Source: Somniosus microcephalus (taxonomy: Eukaryota). From it: a stretch of 64,000 bases of DNA. This document shows, in pieces, positions 13,083 to 24,690 of this stretch (its first letter is position 1; the number at the start of each line of letters is the position of its first letter). The DNA is taken from positions 349,990,001 through 350,054,000 of the forward strand of contig CM126204.1 of NCBI GenBank assembly GCA_052327205.1, written 5' to 3'. The notes under the pieces are model-generated. The model was not told the DNA's origin and ran no database searches. It saw only the letters and a list, made by a program, of their open reading frames with translations. The translations under genes and the position numbers were made by a program.

Positions 13083-13556
13083 TAATATACCCATTGTGCT
13101 CATTCTCCCAATATGCATTCATCAGTATTAAATTTAATTTACCATTGGTCTGCCCAGCTGCATAACAGCTACAAATCCTTCTGCAAAACCTTAACCGCAT
13201 CCTTTGTCCCTGCTGCTCTCCTTATTTTAGCATCATCGGTGAATTTAACAACCTTACTGTCAGGATCAGTTGCTCTTCACACCCCCATGCCTTTAAAGAT
13301 GGTGGGTGTGTGCTGGATTCATTGAAAGTAAAGTGGAATGAAACACAGACAAAGTTCACTATTACGCTGACAGAAATAAGGAAACTCCTCCAGTATCATC
13401 ATTGGTGACATGTGCCATGCATGGAGATAATGAAACATGTCTTCCTTCCTTCAAGATGATATTGCCCCTGAAGAGAAGTGTAGGTCTTTGCAGTGTCCTG
13501 CTCTAGTAATTGGAATGGCCAAGAAAGACCCATGTCTTACCAGCTCAGGAAACACT

Positions 13557-14060
13557 GGGGTGAATTTTCACACCTCCTGCCTGATGAGTAGTGCCCAGAA
13601 ATTGGTGGGCAATGATCTACCAGCCCGCTGCCGCCATTGCTGCGGCCATGGCGATGTTCGCTGGGGCCTACCGCTGAGTCATGCACACTCCGATCAGTAT
13701 CAGCTGGCAGCCAGGATGAAGAGGATCCCAAAGGTAAGTTCTTCTTAATTTTCCTGGTGCCAGGAGGATCAAAAATAGTCCTCCAAGCTCCACAAAACCA
13801 GCCGGGACCACTGCATTCGGCTCCCCCCCCCCTCAGAGATTGGGCTCTCCCCTTTTATTACTTACCTTCCTCCGGCCCAAAGGCCGGCTAGGCCACCTGA
13901 TACCCTGGCAACCCAGAGCTGGTAGGTTGCCCAGCGTGCTCGATCTCTGGCCACAGCCGGTCGGCCCTATGCTAATGGGGCCCGGCCCTCAAAATATACC
14001 AGACCTCACGCTCGACCTCTGGCGCGTCCTGCTAGCCAACTGCCTGAAGTCCGCTCGGGG
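13557..14060. mobile_element. GC-rich non-autonomous DNA transposon remnant
   Basis: Begins ggggtgaattttca (same TIR style as other MITEs here); abrupt GC/CpG-rich block; right boundary unclear. Confidence 0.5.
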
Positions 14061-14201
14061 AATAAACAAACCTACAGGCTCTCAACTATGTGAGGGATAG
14101 AAGGGTTTACAGACAGGTGAATTTTCAGACAGTTTGAGTAGAACTAATAATGAATAATGTCTTACCAGATCGGTAATGTGGACCATATCATTGGTTGAAA
14201 C

Positions 14202-17200
14202 TTTTTTAAATTCATTTTTATGGGATGTGGGTGTCGCTGGCAAGGCCAGCATTTATTACCCATCCCTAATTGCCCTTGAGAAGGTGGTGGTGAGCCGCCT
14301 TCTTGAACCGCTGCAGTCTGTGTGGTGAAGGTACTCCCACAGAGCTGTTAGGTAGGGAGTTCCAGGATTTTGACCCAGCGACGATGAATGATCGGCGATA
14401 TACTTCTAAGTCAGGATGGTATGTGACTTGGAGGGGAACTTGGAGGTGGTGGTGTTCCCATGTATTTGCTGCCCTTGTTCATCTAAGTGGTAGAGGTCGC
14501 GGGTTTGGGAGGTGCTGCCGAAGAAGCCTTGGCGAGTTGCTGCAGTGCATCTTGTAGATGGTACACACTGCAGCCACGGTACGCCGGTGGTGGAGGGAGT
14601 GAATGTTAAAGGTGCTAGAGGGGGTACCAATCAAGCGGACTGCTTTGTCTTGGATGGTGTTGAGCTTCTTGAGTGTTGTTGGAGCTGCACTCATCCAGGC
14701 AAGTGGAGAGTATTCCATCACACTCCTTACTTGTGCCTTATAGATGGTAGAAAGGCTTTGGGGAGTCAGGAGGTGAGACACTCGCTGCAGAATACCTAGT
14801 CTCTGACCTGCTCTTGTAGCCACAGTATTTATGTGGCTGGTCCAGTTAAGTTTCTGGTCAATGGTGACCCCCAGGATGTTGATGGTGGGGGATTCGTTGA
14901 TGGTAATGCCATTGAATGTCAAGGGGCGGTGTTTAGACTCGCTTGTTGGAGATAGTCATTGCCTGGCACTTCTGTGGCGCGAATGTTACCTGCCACTTAT
15001 CAGCCCAAGCCTGAACATCGTCCGGGTCTTGTTGAATGCAGGCATGGACTACTTTATTATCTGAGGAGTTGTGAATGGCACTGAACACTGTGCAGTCATC
15101 AGCGAACATCCCCATTTCTGACCTTATGTTGGAGGGAAAGGTAATTGATGAAGCAGCTGAAGATGGTTGGGCCTTGGACACTGCTCTGAGGAACTCCTGC
15201 AGCGATGTCCTGGGGCTGTGATGATTGACCTTCAATCACCACAACAATCTTCCTTTGTGCTAGGTATGACGCCAGCCAGTGGAGAGTTTTTCCCCTGATT
15301 CCCATTGACTTCAGTTTTACTAGGGCTCCTTCATGCTACACTCGGTCAAATGCTGCCTTGATGTCAAGGGCAGTCACTCTCATCTCACGTCTGGAATTCA
15401 GCTCCTTTGTCCATGTTTGGACCAAGGCTGTAATGAGGTCAGCAGCCGAGTGGTCTTGGTGGAACCCAAATTGAGCATCAGTGAGCAGGTTATTGGTGAG
15501 TAAGTGCCACTTGATAACACTGTCGATGACACCTTCCATCACTTTGCTGATGATTGAGAGTAGACTGATGGGATGGTAATTGGCCGGATTGGATTTGTCC
15601 TGCTTTTTGTGGGGAGAGGACACACCTGGGCAGTTTTCCACATTGTCGAATAGATGCCAGTGTTGTAGCTGTACTGGAACAGTTTGGCTAGAGGTGTGGC
15701 TAGTTCTGAAGCATAAGTCTTCAGCACGATAGCCAAGATGTTGTCGGGGCACATAGCCTTTGCAGTATCCAGTGCACTTAGCCATTTCTTGATATCACGT
15801 GGAGTGAATCGAATTGGCTGAAGACTGGCTTCTGTGATGGTGGGGACCTCAGGAAGAGGCCGATATGGATCATCCACTCAGCACTTCTGGCTGAAGATGG
15901 TTGCAAATGCTTCAACCTTGTCTTTTGCACTCACGTGCTGGGCTCCACCATCATTGAGGATAGGGAAATTCATGGAGCCTCCTCCTCCCGTTAGTTGTTT
16001 AATGGTCCACCACCATTCACGACGGGATGTGGCAGGACTGCAGAGCTTTGATCTGATCTGTTGATTGTGGGATCGCTTAGCCCTGTCTATAGCATGCTAC
16101 TTCCGCTTTTTAGCATGCATGTAATCCTGTGTTGCAGCTTCCCCAGGTTGGCACCTCATTTTTAGGTGCGCCTGGTGCTGCTCCTGGCATGCTATTGTAC
16201 ACTCCTTATTGAACCAGGGTTGGTCCCCTGGCTTGATGGTAATGGTAGAGTGAGGGATATGCCGGGCCATGAGGTTACAGATTGTGGTGGAATACAATTC
16301 TGCTGCTGCTGATGGCCCACAGCGCCTCATGGATGCCCAGTTTTGAGCTGCTAGATCTGTTCTGAATCTATCCCATTGAGCATGGTGGTAGTGCCACACA
16401 ACACGATGGAGGGTGTCCTCAGTGTGAAGATGGGACTTCGTCTCCACAATGACTGTGCGGTGGTCACTGCTACCAATACTGTCATGGACAGATGCATCTG
16501 CGACAGGTAGTTTGGTGAGGACGAGGTCAAGTAGGTTTTTCCCTCAACACCTGTCGCAGGCCCAGACTGGCAGCTATGTCCTTCAGGACTCGACCAGCTC
16601 GGTCAGTAGTGGTGCTACTGAGCCACTCTTGGTGATGGACATTGAAGCCCCCCCACCCAGAGTACATTCTGCACCCTTGCTACTCTCAGTGCTTCTTCCA
16701 AGTGGTGTTCAACATGGAGGAGTACTGATTCATCAGCTGAGGGAGGGCGATAGGTGGTACTCAGCAGGAGGTTTCCTTGCCCATGCTTGACCTGAAGCCA
16801 TGAGACATCATGGGGTCTGGGGTCAATCTTGAGGACTCCCCAGGGCCACTCCTTCCTGACTGTATACCACTACCCCTGGTGGGTCTGTGCAGCCGGTGGG
16901 ACAGGACATACCCAGGGATGGTAAATGGAGGAGTTTGGTTGTAAAGGTATGATTCTGTGAGTATGACTATGTCAGGCTGTTGCTTGACTAGTGTGTAGGA
17001 CAGCTCTCCCAATTTTGGCACAAGTCCCCGGATGTTGGTGAGGAAGACTTTGCAGGGTTGACTGGGCTGGGTGTGCCGTTGCCGTGTCCGTAGCCGGTGC
17101 CAGGTGGTCAATGCCTTGTGGTCCATCCGGTTTCATTTTTATTATTTTGTTTCGTAGCGGTTTGTTACAACTGAATGGCTTGCTAGGCCATTTCAGAGGG

Positions 17201-17492
17201 CAGTTAAGAGTCAACCACATTGCTGTGGGTCTGGGGTCACACATAGGCCAGACCAGGTAAGGAGGGAAGATTTCCTTCCCTAAAGGGCATTAGTGAACCA
17301 GATGGGTTTTTACGACAATCCGATAGTTTCATGGTTGCCATTACTGATACTAGTAATTATTCCAGATTTATTTATTTAACTGAATTTAAATTCCCCAGCT
17401 GCCATGGTGGGATTTGAATTCACATCTCATGGATCATTAATCCAGGCCTCTGGATTACTAGCCCAGTGACATTACCACTATACTACTGTCCC
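14202..17492 (-). mobile_element. Apparently full-length single-ORF LINE (APE + RT) with tRNA-like 5' head; degenerate
   Basis: APE start VFLTNIRGLVPKLGEL..PDIVILTESYL; RT motifs NYHPISLLS, QFGF, ALDIKAAFDRV, GVPQSSVQGP, MFADD, LGVTIDQKLNW; A-rich 3' end near 14202-14218; A-box TAGTATAGTGG (17485-17475) and B-box-like AATTCAAATCC (17420-17410). Confidence 0.92.
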
Positions 17493-18702
17493 AATATACT
17501 GCTGTGTGTATGGATTATTGAATCATTAAGAAAAAGGAGGTTGAATCCAGAGAGGCTGCAGCTGTACCTCTGCTTCTTGACTGCCCACTGTTGATCAGGG
17601 GATGAAACGAACCAACTATTAATGTTACAAAGTCACTTCAGCACAAACACCATAGTATAAACGGACTATTCCCACCCAAGTGTCATTAGCATTTACTTCT
17701 TATCTGTCATACAACATTTTTGCAACCTTCACTTTTTCAATGATTGCACTTTCCTCTATACGGTTTAGCTTTCTTTTTCATTTTTTTCTTTTCATCCTTT
17801 TTCTGTTTTAACTCATCTGGAGTTATATTGATTTTTGTTGCTGGATTTCCAAAGGGCACAGCATCAATTAGGCTGTATACACAACAGATTCTTTGTCAGA
17901 TAGAGAGGCGAAGAGTGGGGCTGTTTAGTAAATGCAGGTACAGCGTAGATACTGAAAGATGTCTACCTGGTAAAGATACTAAGTAATCTCATGCTATGTG
18001 ATGTTCTCAGTCCCTTAACCATCTTCATTTGTTTTTTTATCAACCTGGATGTACAGTTTTGTGTACTCACGCTGCTGCTCTCTGCTCTTTGCCCCTGGAT
18101 ATCTGCCAGTAGGGGAACTGGAACGCAAGGGGTGAAGACTAGAGGTCAGCAGTGTGAGTACACAGAGACACGTTACTGAAATTCATCTCCGCTGTGAAAA
18201 CTTGAATATTTTCACAGTGGAGAGCCCTAGGAGAAGTAATTTTTTAAAATATAAAACAGATAAGGTTCTTTAGTTCCTACTTATAGGTTGGAGAAATAAC
18301 AATTATGTGACAACAGTGGAGCCCAGCAGCTTTAGTCTTATACATTGAGCTGAGGAATTAGATGTGATAATAAGATGGTTTCCACTCTACTGATAACTAT
18401 TCTCCAGGTTTCACAGACTGGTTCACACATTGCAGAGCACCCCAGGTAGTAAGGTTCAAGCAGCTATTCCTTTGTGCATCCCTTGTTTGCCGTGCACAAT
18501 CCGGAAGTTGATGTCGCTTGTTATTCTCTTCCCGCTGTTTGCCAATTTTTCCAGAGTTTGAATAGCTGGTGCTGCATAATAAATAAAAGATGTTGCATTG
18601 GGAACAATAGAATGTCCAGTTTGTTGTGTACTGTGCGTGACCTATAAAGGTTTTCTTCACTTGTAGAATAAACTGGATATCCCATTGTTCATCCCTAAGC
18701 AT

Positions 18703-19517
18703 TAGAGTCATAGAGTCATAGAGTTTTACAGCACAGAAAGAGGCCCTTCGGCCCATCGTGTCTGCGCCGCCCATCCATCCCTGTCCAGTCTAATCCCATT
18801 TTCCAGCATTTGGTCCATAGCCTTGTATGCAATGGCATTTCAAGTGCTCATCCAAATGCTTCTTGAATGTTGTGAGGGTTCCTGCCTCTACCACCCTTTC
18901 AGGCATTGAGTTCCACATTCCAACCACCCTCTGGGTGAAAAAGTTCCCCCTCAAATCCCCTCTAAATCTCCTGCCCCTTACCCTGAATCTATGCCCCCTT
19001 GTTATTGACCCCCCTACTAAGGGGAAAAGTTCCTCTTTGTCTACCCTATCTATGCCCCTCATCATTTTGTACACCTCAATCAGGTCCCCCCTCAGCCTTC
19101 TTTGCTCCAAGGAAAACAACCCCAGCCTGTCCAGCCTCTCTTCATAGCTGAGGCGCTCCATCCCAGGTAACGTCCTGGTGAATCTTCTCTGCACCCTCTC
19201 CAAAGCAATCACATCCTTCCTATAGTGAGGCGACCAGAACTGCACACAGTACTCCAGCTGTGGCCTCACCAGCGTTTTGTACAGTTCCATCATAACCTCC
19301 CTGCTCTTATATTCTATGCCTCGGCTAATGAAGGCAAGTATCCCATATGCCTTTTTAACCACCTTATCTACCTGTTCCGCTGCCTTCAGGGATCTATGTA
19401 CATGTACACCAAGGTCCCTCTGACCCTCTGTACTTCCTCGGGTCCTACCACTCATTGTGTATTCCCTTGCCTTATTTGTCCGTCCAAAATGCATCACCTC
19501 GCACTTTTCAGGGTTAA
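18703..19517 (-). mobile_element. CR1 (HER1-like) LINE 3' end, 5'-truncated, reading frame intact
   Basis: ORF 18790..19560(-) FNPEKCEVMHFG..LYKTLVRPQLEYCVQFWSP..FFTQRVVGMWN; 3' UTR gggccgaagggcct and (tagagtca)n tail. Confidence 0.95.
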
Positions 19518-19561
19518 AAGTGTGTAGAGCTGGTTTACAATGAATCGCTTTGAATTTCAAT

Positions 19562-19890
19562 GGCCCGGATTTTGCGGTGGGTACGGCGGTGTGAGTACAC
19601 CGTCATACCGCCTTTGAAATCCACCGCAAGTTCGGGATTTTCACATGAGCTTACGCATTCGCTAAATCCCAAACTTGCGGTCTGCCAGCGTAAGCGTTGA
19701 CAGGCCATCCGTTCCACCTCTGAAAACCTAGTTGCTGGCGCAGAGTTGGGCTATTTGCCCACCAACTGCCCAGCAATTACGCACGGAAATTTTACAGCTA
19801 GTGGAAGCAAGCGCAGGGCCTGTTTACACAACGTAAGGGGATACCCGAGATGATAAAAATGCTTTTTTTAAAATTAAATGATTTAAATTT
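19562..19890. mobile_element. One arm of a Harbinger-type MITE with subterminal hairpins
   Basis: Starts ggcccggattttgcggtggg, matching the reverse complement of 28740-28760; internal inverted repeat ccgcaagtt..aacttgcgg. Confidence 0.6.
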
Positions 19891-19914
19891 TTAATGAGAA
19901 GAAACCCTAGTGTA

Positions 19915-21125
19915 TATAGAAACATAGAAGATAGGAGAAGGAGTAGGCCATTCGGCCCCTCGAGCCTGCTCCACCATTCAATGAGATCATGGCTGATCAT
20001 CCAAATTCAGTACCCTGTCCCTGCTTTCTCCCCATACCCCTTGATCCCTTTAGCCTTAAGAAATATATCCAACTCCTTCTTGAATATATTTAATGAACTG
20101 GCCTCCACCGCCCTCTGTGGCAGAGAATTCCACAGGTTCACCACTCTCTGGGTGAAGAAATTCCTCCTCATCTCTGTCCTAAATGGCTTACCCCTTATCT
20201 TTAGACTGTGACCCCTGGTTCTGGACTCCCCCGCCATCAGGAACATCCTTCCTGCATCTAGTCTGTCTAGTCCTGTTAGAATTTTATAAGTTTCGATGAG
20301 ATCCCCTCTCATTCTTCTAAACTCCAGCGAGTATAAGCCCAATCGACCCAATCTCTCCTCATACGTCATTCCTGCCATCCCAGGTATCAGTCTGGTGAAT
20401 CTTCGCTGCACTCCCTCCATGGCAAGAACATCCTTCCTCAGATAAGGCGATCAGAACTGCACACAATACTCAAGGTGTGGTCTCACCAAGGCCCTGTACA
20501 ACTGCAGCAAGACATCCTTGTTCCTGTACTCGAATCCTCTCGCTACGAAGGCCAACATACCATTTGCCTTCTTAACCGCCTGCTGCACCTGCATGCTTAC
20601 CTTCAGCGACTGGTGCACAAGGACACCCAGGTCTCATTGTACTTCCCCTTCTCCCAATCTATTGCCGTTCAGATAATAATCTGCCTTCCTGTTTTTGCCA
20701 CCAAAGTGGATAACCTCACATTTATCCACATTATACTGCATCTGCCATGTATCTGCTCAATCACCCAACCTGTCCAAATCTTACTGGAGTTTCTCGGCAT
20801 CCTCCTCACAGCACACACGCCCACCCAGCTTTGTGTCATCTGCAAACTTGGAGATATTACATCTAGTTCCCTCGTCTAGATCATTTATATATATTGTGAA
20901 TAGCTTGGGTCCAAGGACCGATCCCTGCGGTACCCCACTAGTCACTGCCTGCCACTCGGAAAAAGACCCGTTTATTCCAACTCTTTGCTTCCCGTCTGCC
21001 AACCAGTTCTCTATCCAAGTTAGTACCTTGCCCCCAATCCCTTGTGCTTTAACTTTACACGCTAATCTCTTAAGCGGGACCTTATCGAAAGTCTTCTGAA
21101 AGTCCAAATACACCACATTCACTGG
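19915..21125 (-). mobile_element. CR1 LINE 3' 1.2 kb
   Basis: ORFs 20781..21122 ([30 protein letters not shown]) and 20007..20420; tagaaaca-type tail. Confidence 0.95.
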
Positions 21126-21316
21126 TATATTAAAGCTGTAGGTTCTTTTGAAAATATTTCATAACTTTCTGCACTGTGCACAGTATTTGTTTAGAAGTGG
21201 GAATGAAAATTAATAAATTGGATTCCCACGATAAAAGCTAAATCTGATAGTATTATAAAGGCTGTAGTAAGGAAGTATTGTGGTAATTTAAATGAATGAA
21301 AGACATCTGTTTTCTG

Positions 21317-21486
21317 ATTGGAGGACCAGGCCCACGTGATCCCAGGTACGCTTCCGCACAGGCTGCGTCCCTGGGATCCGTGGCCCGTTACGCTGCCCTC
21401 CTCCTCGCAGCGTCAGAGTGCAAGTTTTTGCAGGAGAGCGGCCATTAGGCTCTGGAGGTGTGCAGCCGACCGCAATTTCTGGCCCA
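21317..21486. mobile_element. GC-rich MITE end fragment
   Basis: CpG-rich block ending ccgcaatttctggccc, the same TIR style as 19562 and 28760. Confidence 0.5.
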
Positions 21487-21519
21487 TTGATTTTTTTCTG
21501 AAAATTTCTAAATGGTTAT

Positions 21520-21747
21520 TGACATGAATCTTGTCATTCATGTGGAAAGACTTATGAAATGATACTGGGCAGCCTGCTGGTGGCACTGTCCAGGGAGAGT
21601 ATAAATACTCGGGCATGGGCCCAGCTTGCTCAGGACATTCTTTAACAGGAACTAGTGAAGGACACAACTAGATCTCCATGTTGAAAAACAGTTGATTAAA
21701 GCCTTGTTTAATACTCAGACCAAGTGCCTAGTAGTTTTCTTACGTCA
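21520..21747 (+). mobile_element. Solo LTR copy 3
   Basis: TGAC...GTCA; TATAAATA and ATTAAA in LTR order; flanks gttat/gtcat (4/5 TSD). Confidence 0.9.
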
Positions 21748-21769
21748 GTCATCACTGAAAGTGCAGAAA

Positions 21770-22068
21770 GAGAAAGAACTTGCACTTATATAGCGCCTTT
21801 CATGTGTTCAGGATGTTTCAAAATACTTCACAGGCAATGAAGTATTTTTGAAGTGTAGTCACTGTTGTAATATGGACAAACGCAGTAGCCAATGTGCGCC
21901 CAGCAAGTTGCTCCAAACGGCAATGAGGCAAATGACCATGTAATCATTTTTTAGTGGTGTTGATTGAGGGATGAATGTTGGCCATAATAACTCCCCTGCT
22001 CTCCTTCGAATAGTATCATGGGGAGGAAGCGCAATGGGGCTTTTGTTTAATCCCTCAGCCAAAGGTTG
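21770..22068 (-). mobile_element. DeuSINE-type (SacSINE1-like) SINE with L2-derived tail
   Basis: acttgcacttatatagcgccttt is the reverse complement of the L2 3' end at 34971-34992; body homologous to 30508-30722; family name from recall. Confidence 0.7.
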
Positions 22069-22070
22069 GT

Positions 22071-22264
22071 GGGGCTGAAATTCGACTTGGGCGGGAGCGC
22101 AAAATTGGCGGGAATGCAAAACGGCCAGTGCCGCCTGTTATACGCCCCGCCCGATAGTCAGTTCTACTGAAGCCTATGGAACGGAATATCGAACGGGACG
22201 TATCACGAGCGGCAGATGCGATACCGTCTGTTTTACACCCCCGCCTAAGCTGAATTTCACCCTC
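22071..22264. mobile_element. Near-palindromic MITE
   Basis: ggggctgaaattcgacttgggcgggagcgcaaaa vs reverse complement of right end gagggtgaaattcagcttaggcgggggtgtaaaa; inverted similarity continues inward. Confidence 0.8.
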
Positions 22265-22267
22265 AGT

Positions 22268-22441
22268 CAATGCTCCCTGTGAGCTGCGCTTTGTTTGTGC
22301 CGCCTGTTTCTTTTAATGCGCGGCCGCTAAAACTTCTGGTCATGCGCAGTGTTTACAATGTAAAAGCCGGTTAGCCGCCTGCGCGGGACCTTGCAGATGA
22401 CTGCGCGTCCATGCACGCGGTGCAGCTTAGCAGGAACATTG
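22268..22441. mobile_element. hAT-like MITE
   Basis: TIR caatgctccctgtgagctgcgc vs caatgttcctgctaagctgcac; flanks ccctcagt / ccc-cagt (8-bp TSD with one deletion). Confidence 0.75.
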
Positions 22442-22504
22442 CCCCAGTACCTCTGATATTGTAGCAATCACTCAGTACTAAATATTTCTGGCTACAATCT
22501 ATTG

Positions 22505-24690
22505 ACGAAATGTAGGGAAGGAAAAAAGAAAAGGGGGTGTGGCAGTATTGATCAAGGAAAATATTGCAGTTCTACAGAGGGATGATATACCAGACAGTTC
22601 AAAGACTGAATCTATTTGCTTAAAGTTAAGGAACAGAAAAGGAGCTGTTACACTGATCGGTGTTTATTATAGACACCCCAAATAGTGAGAAGGAGATAGA
22701 GAAGCAAATCTGTAAGCAAATTTCAGAAAATGTAAAAATAATAGAGCAGTAGGGGACCTCAATTACCCTAATATAGACTGAGAAAAACAGTAAAGAGGGT
22801 GACAAATTCCTAAAATATGTACAGGAGAACTTCCTTAATCAGTATGTTTCTAGCCCAATGTGGAAGGAAGCAGTGCTGGATCTAGTTCTAGCGAACAATG
22901 TTGGGCAAGTGGAGTGTGTTTCAGTGGGAGAACATCCGGGTAATGATGATTTTTTTTTATTCGTTCATGGGATGTGGGCGTTGCTGGCAAAGCCAGCATT
23001 TATTGCCCATCCCTAATTGCCCTCGAGAAGGTGGTGGTGAGCCACCTTCTTGAATACAACTGAGTGGCTTGCTAGGTCATTTCAGAGGGCAGTTAAGAGT
23101 CAACCACATTGCTGTTGGTCTGGAGGCACATACCGGCCAGACCGGGTAAGGGTGGCAGATTTCCTTCCCTAAAGGACATTAGTGAACCAGATGAGTTTTT
23201 TTATGACAATCCGGTAGTTTCACAGTCACCATTACTGATACTACCTTTTTATTCCAGGTTTATTTAATTGAATTTAAATTCCCCAGCTGCTGTAGTGGGA
23301 TTTGAACTCATGTCTGCAGGATCATTAGTCCAGGCCTCTGGATTATAAGTTGAGTAACATAACCACCAAGTAGGCTTAAAGTAGTTACGGAAGGGGACAA
23401 AGAAAAATCAAAGGTGAAAACACCCAACTGGAAGATAGCCAATTTCAGTGATTTGAGGAGGATGGACTGGAAACAAAGATTGGCCAAGAAAACAGTAAAT
23501 GAGCAATGGCAGGCCTCCAAGGCAGAGATAGTTTGGGTACAAATCAAGCATATTTCCATAAGGAGGAAAGATAGGGCATCCAAAGCTAGAGCTCCTTGGA
23601 CGACAAAGGAAATAGAGATTAAAATAAAACAGACAAAGGAGGTTTATGACAAATGTCAGGTCCAGAATACAGTAGAAAACCAGGCAGAATACAGAGAGCA
23701 CAGAGGGAAATTGAAAAAGGATATAAGAAGGGCAAAGAGAGATTATGAGAAAAAATTAGTGGGTAACATAAAAGGGAACCCAAAAATCTTGTATAAACAT
23801 ATAAAAAGTAAAAGGAATGGTGGGGCCGATTAGGGACAAAGAAGGAAATCTTCTTGTGGAGGCTGTGGTCATGACTGAGGTACTGAATGAATACTTTGCA
23901 TCAGTCTTCACAAAAAACGAGGATGAAGTTAATGGCGCAGTAGAGGAGGAGGGAGTAGAGATATTGGATAGGATAAAAATAGATAGAAAAGAAGTGCTAA
24001 ATAGGTTGGCATCACTCAAAGTTAACAAGTCGCCTGGTCCAGATGGGATGCCTCCTAGGTTGCTGAGGGAAGCTAGGGTAGAGACAGCAGAAGCTCTGAC
24101 CACAATCTTTCAATCCTCCTTGGATGTGGGAGTGGTGGCAGAGGACTAGAGAACTGCAGATGTTACACCCCTGTTCAGAAAAGGAGAGAGAGAGATAAAC
24201 CTGGTAACTACAGGCCAGTCAGTCTAACATCAGTGGTGGGAAAACTACTAGAGACCATCGTCAGGGACAAAATTAATTCTCACTTGGAGAAGCATGGGTT
24301 AATAAGGGACAGCCAACACAGATATGTTAAAGGCAAATCGTGTCTGACTAAGCTGATTGAGTTCTTTGATGCAGGTAGTGCTGTAGCTGTTATATAGGTG
24401 GACTTTCAAAAGGAATTTGATAAAGTACCGCATAACCGTCTTATTTGGAAAATAGAAGCACATGGGATTAAAGGGATGGTGGTAACTTGGGTATGTAATT
24501 GATTAAGGGATAGGAGGCAGCGAGTTGTGGTGAATGGGTGTTTGTCTGACTGGAGAGATGTATGCAGTGGGGTCTGCAAGGAATCGGTATTAGGATCAAT
24601 GCTTTTCTTGTTATACATAAATGACCTGGACTTGGGTATAGGGAGAACAGTTTCAAAGTTTGTGTATGATACAAAACTTGGCAATGTAGT
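22505..24690 (+). mobile_element. Older CR1 ORF2 fragment (endonuclease to RT), interrupted by a SINE and truncated by an antisense CR1
   Basis: ORFs 23414..23833, 23817..24149 (LNEYFASVFT, KSPGPDGM), 24527..24712 (YINDLD..KFVYDTKLG). Confidence 0.9.
22950..23367 (-). mobile_element. tRNA-headed SINE equal to the 5' head plus 3' tail of the LINE at 14202-17492
   Basis: 22960-23055 matches 14211-14307; 23056-23367 matches 17166-17478; intact B-box AGTTCAAATCC (23308-23298); A-rich tail at 22950-22960. Confidence 0.92.

Noticed and set aside
17400-17492. Functional tRNA gene
   Set aside because: No convincing cloverleaf; it is the head of a retroelement and is repeated at 23290-23367
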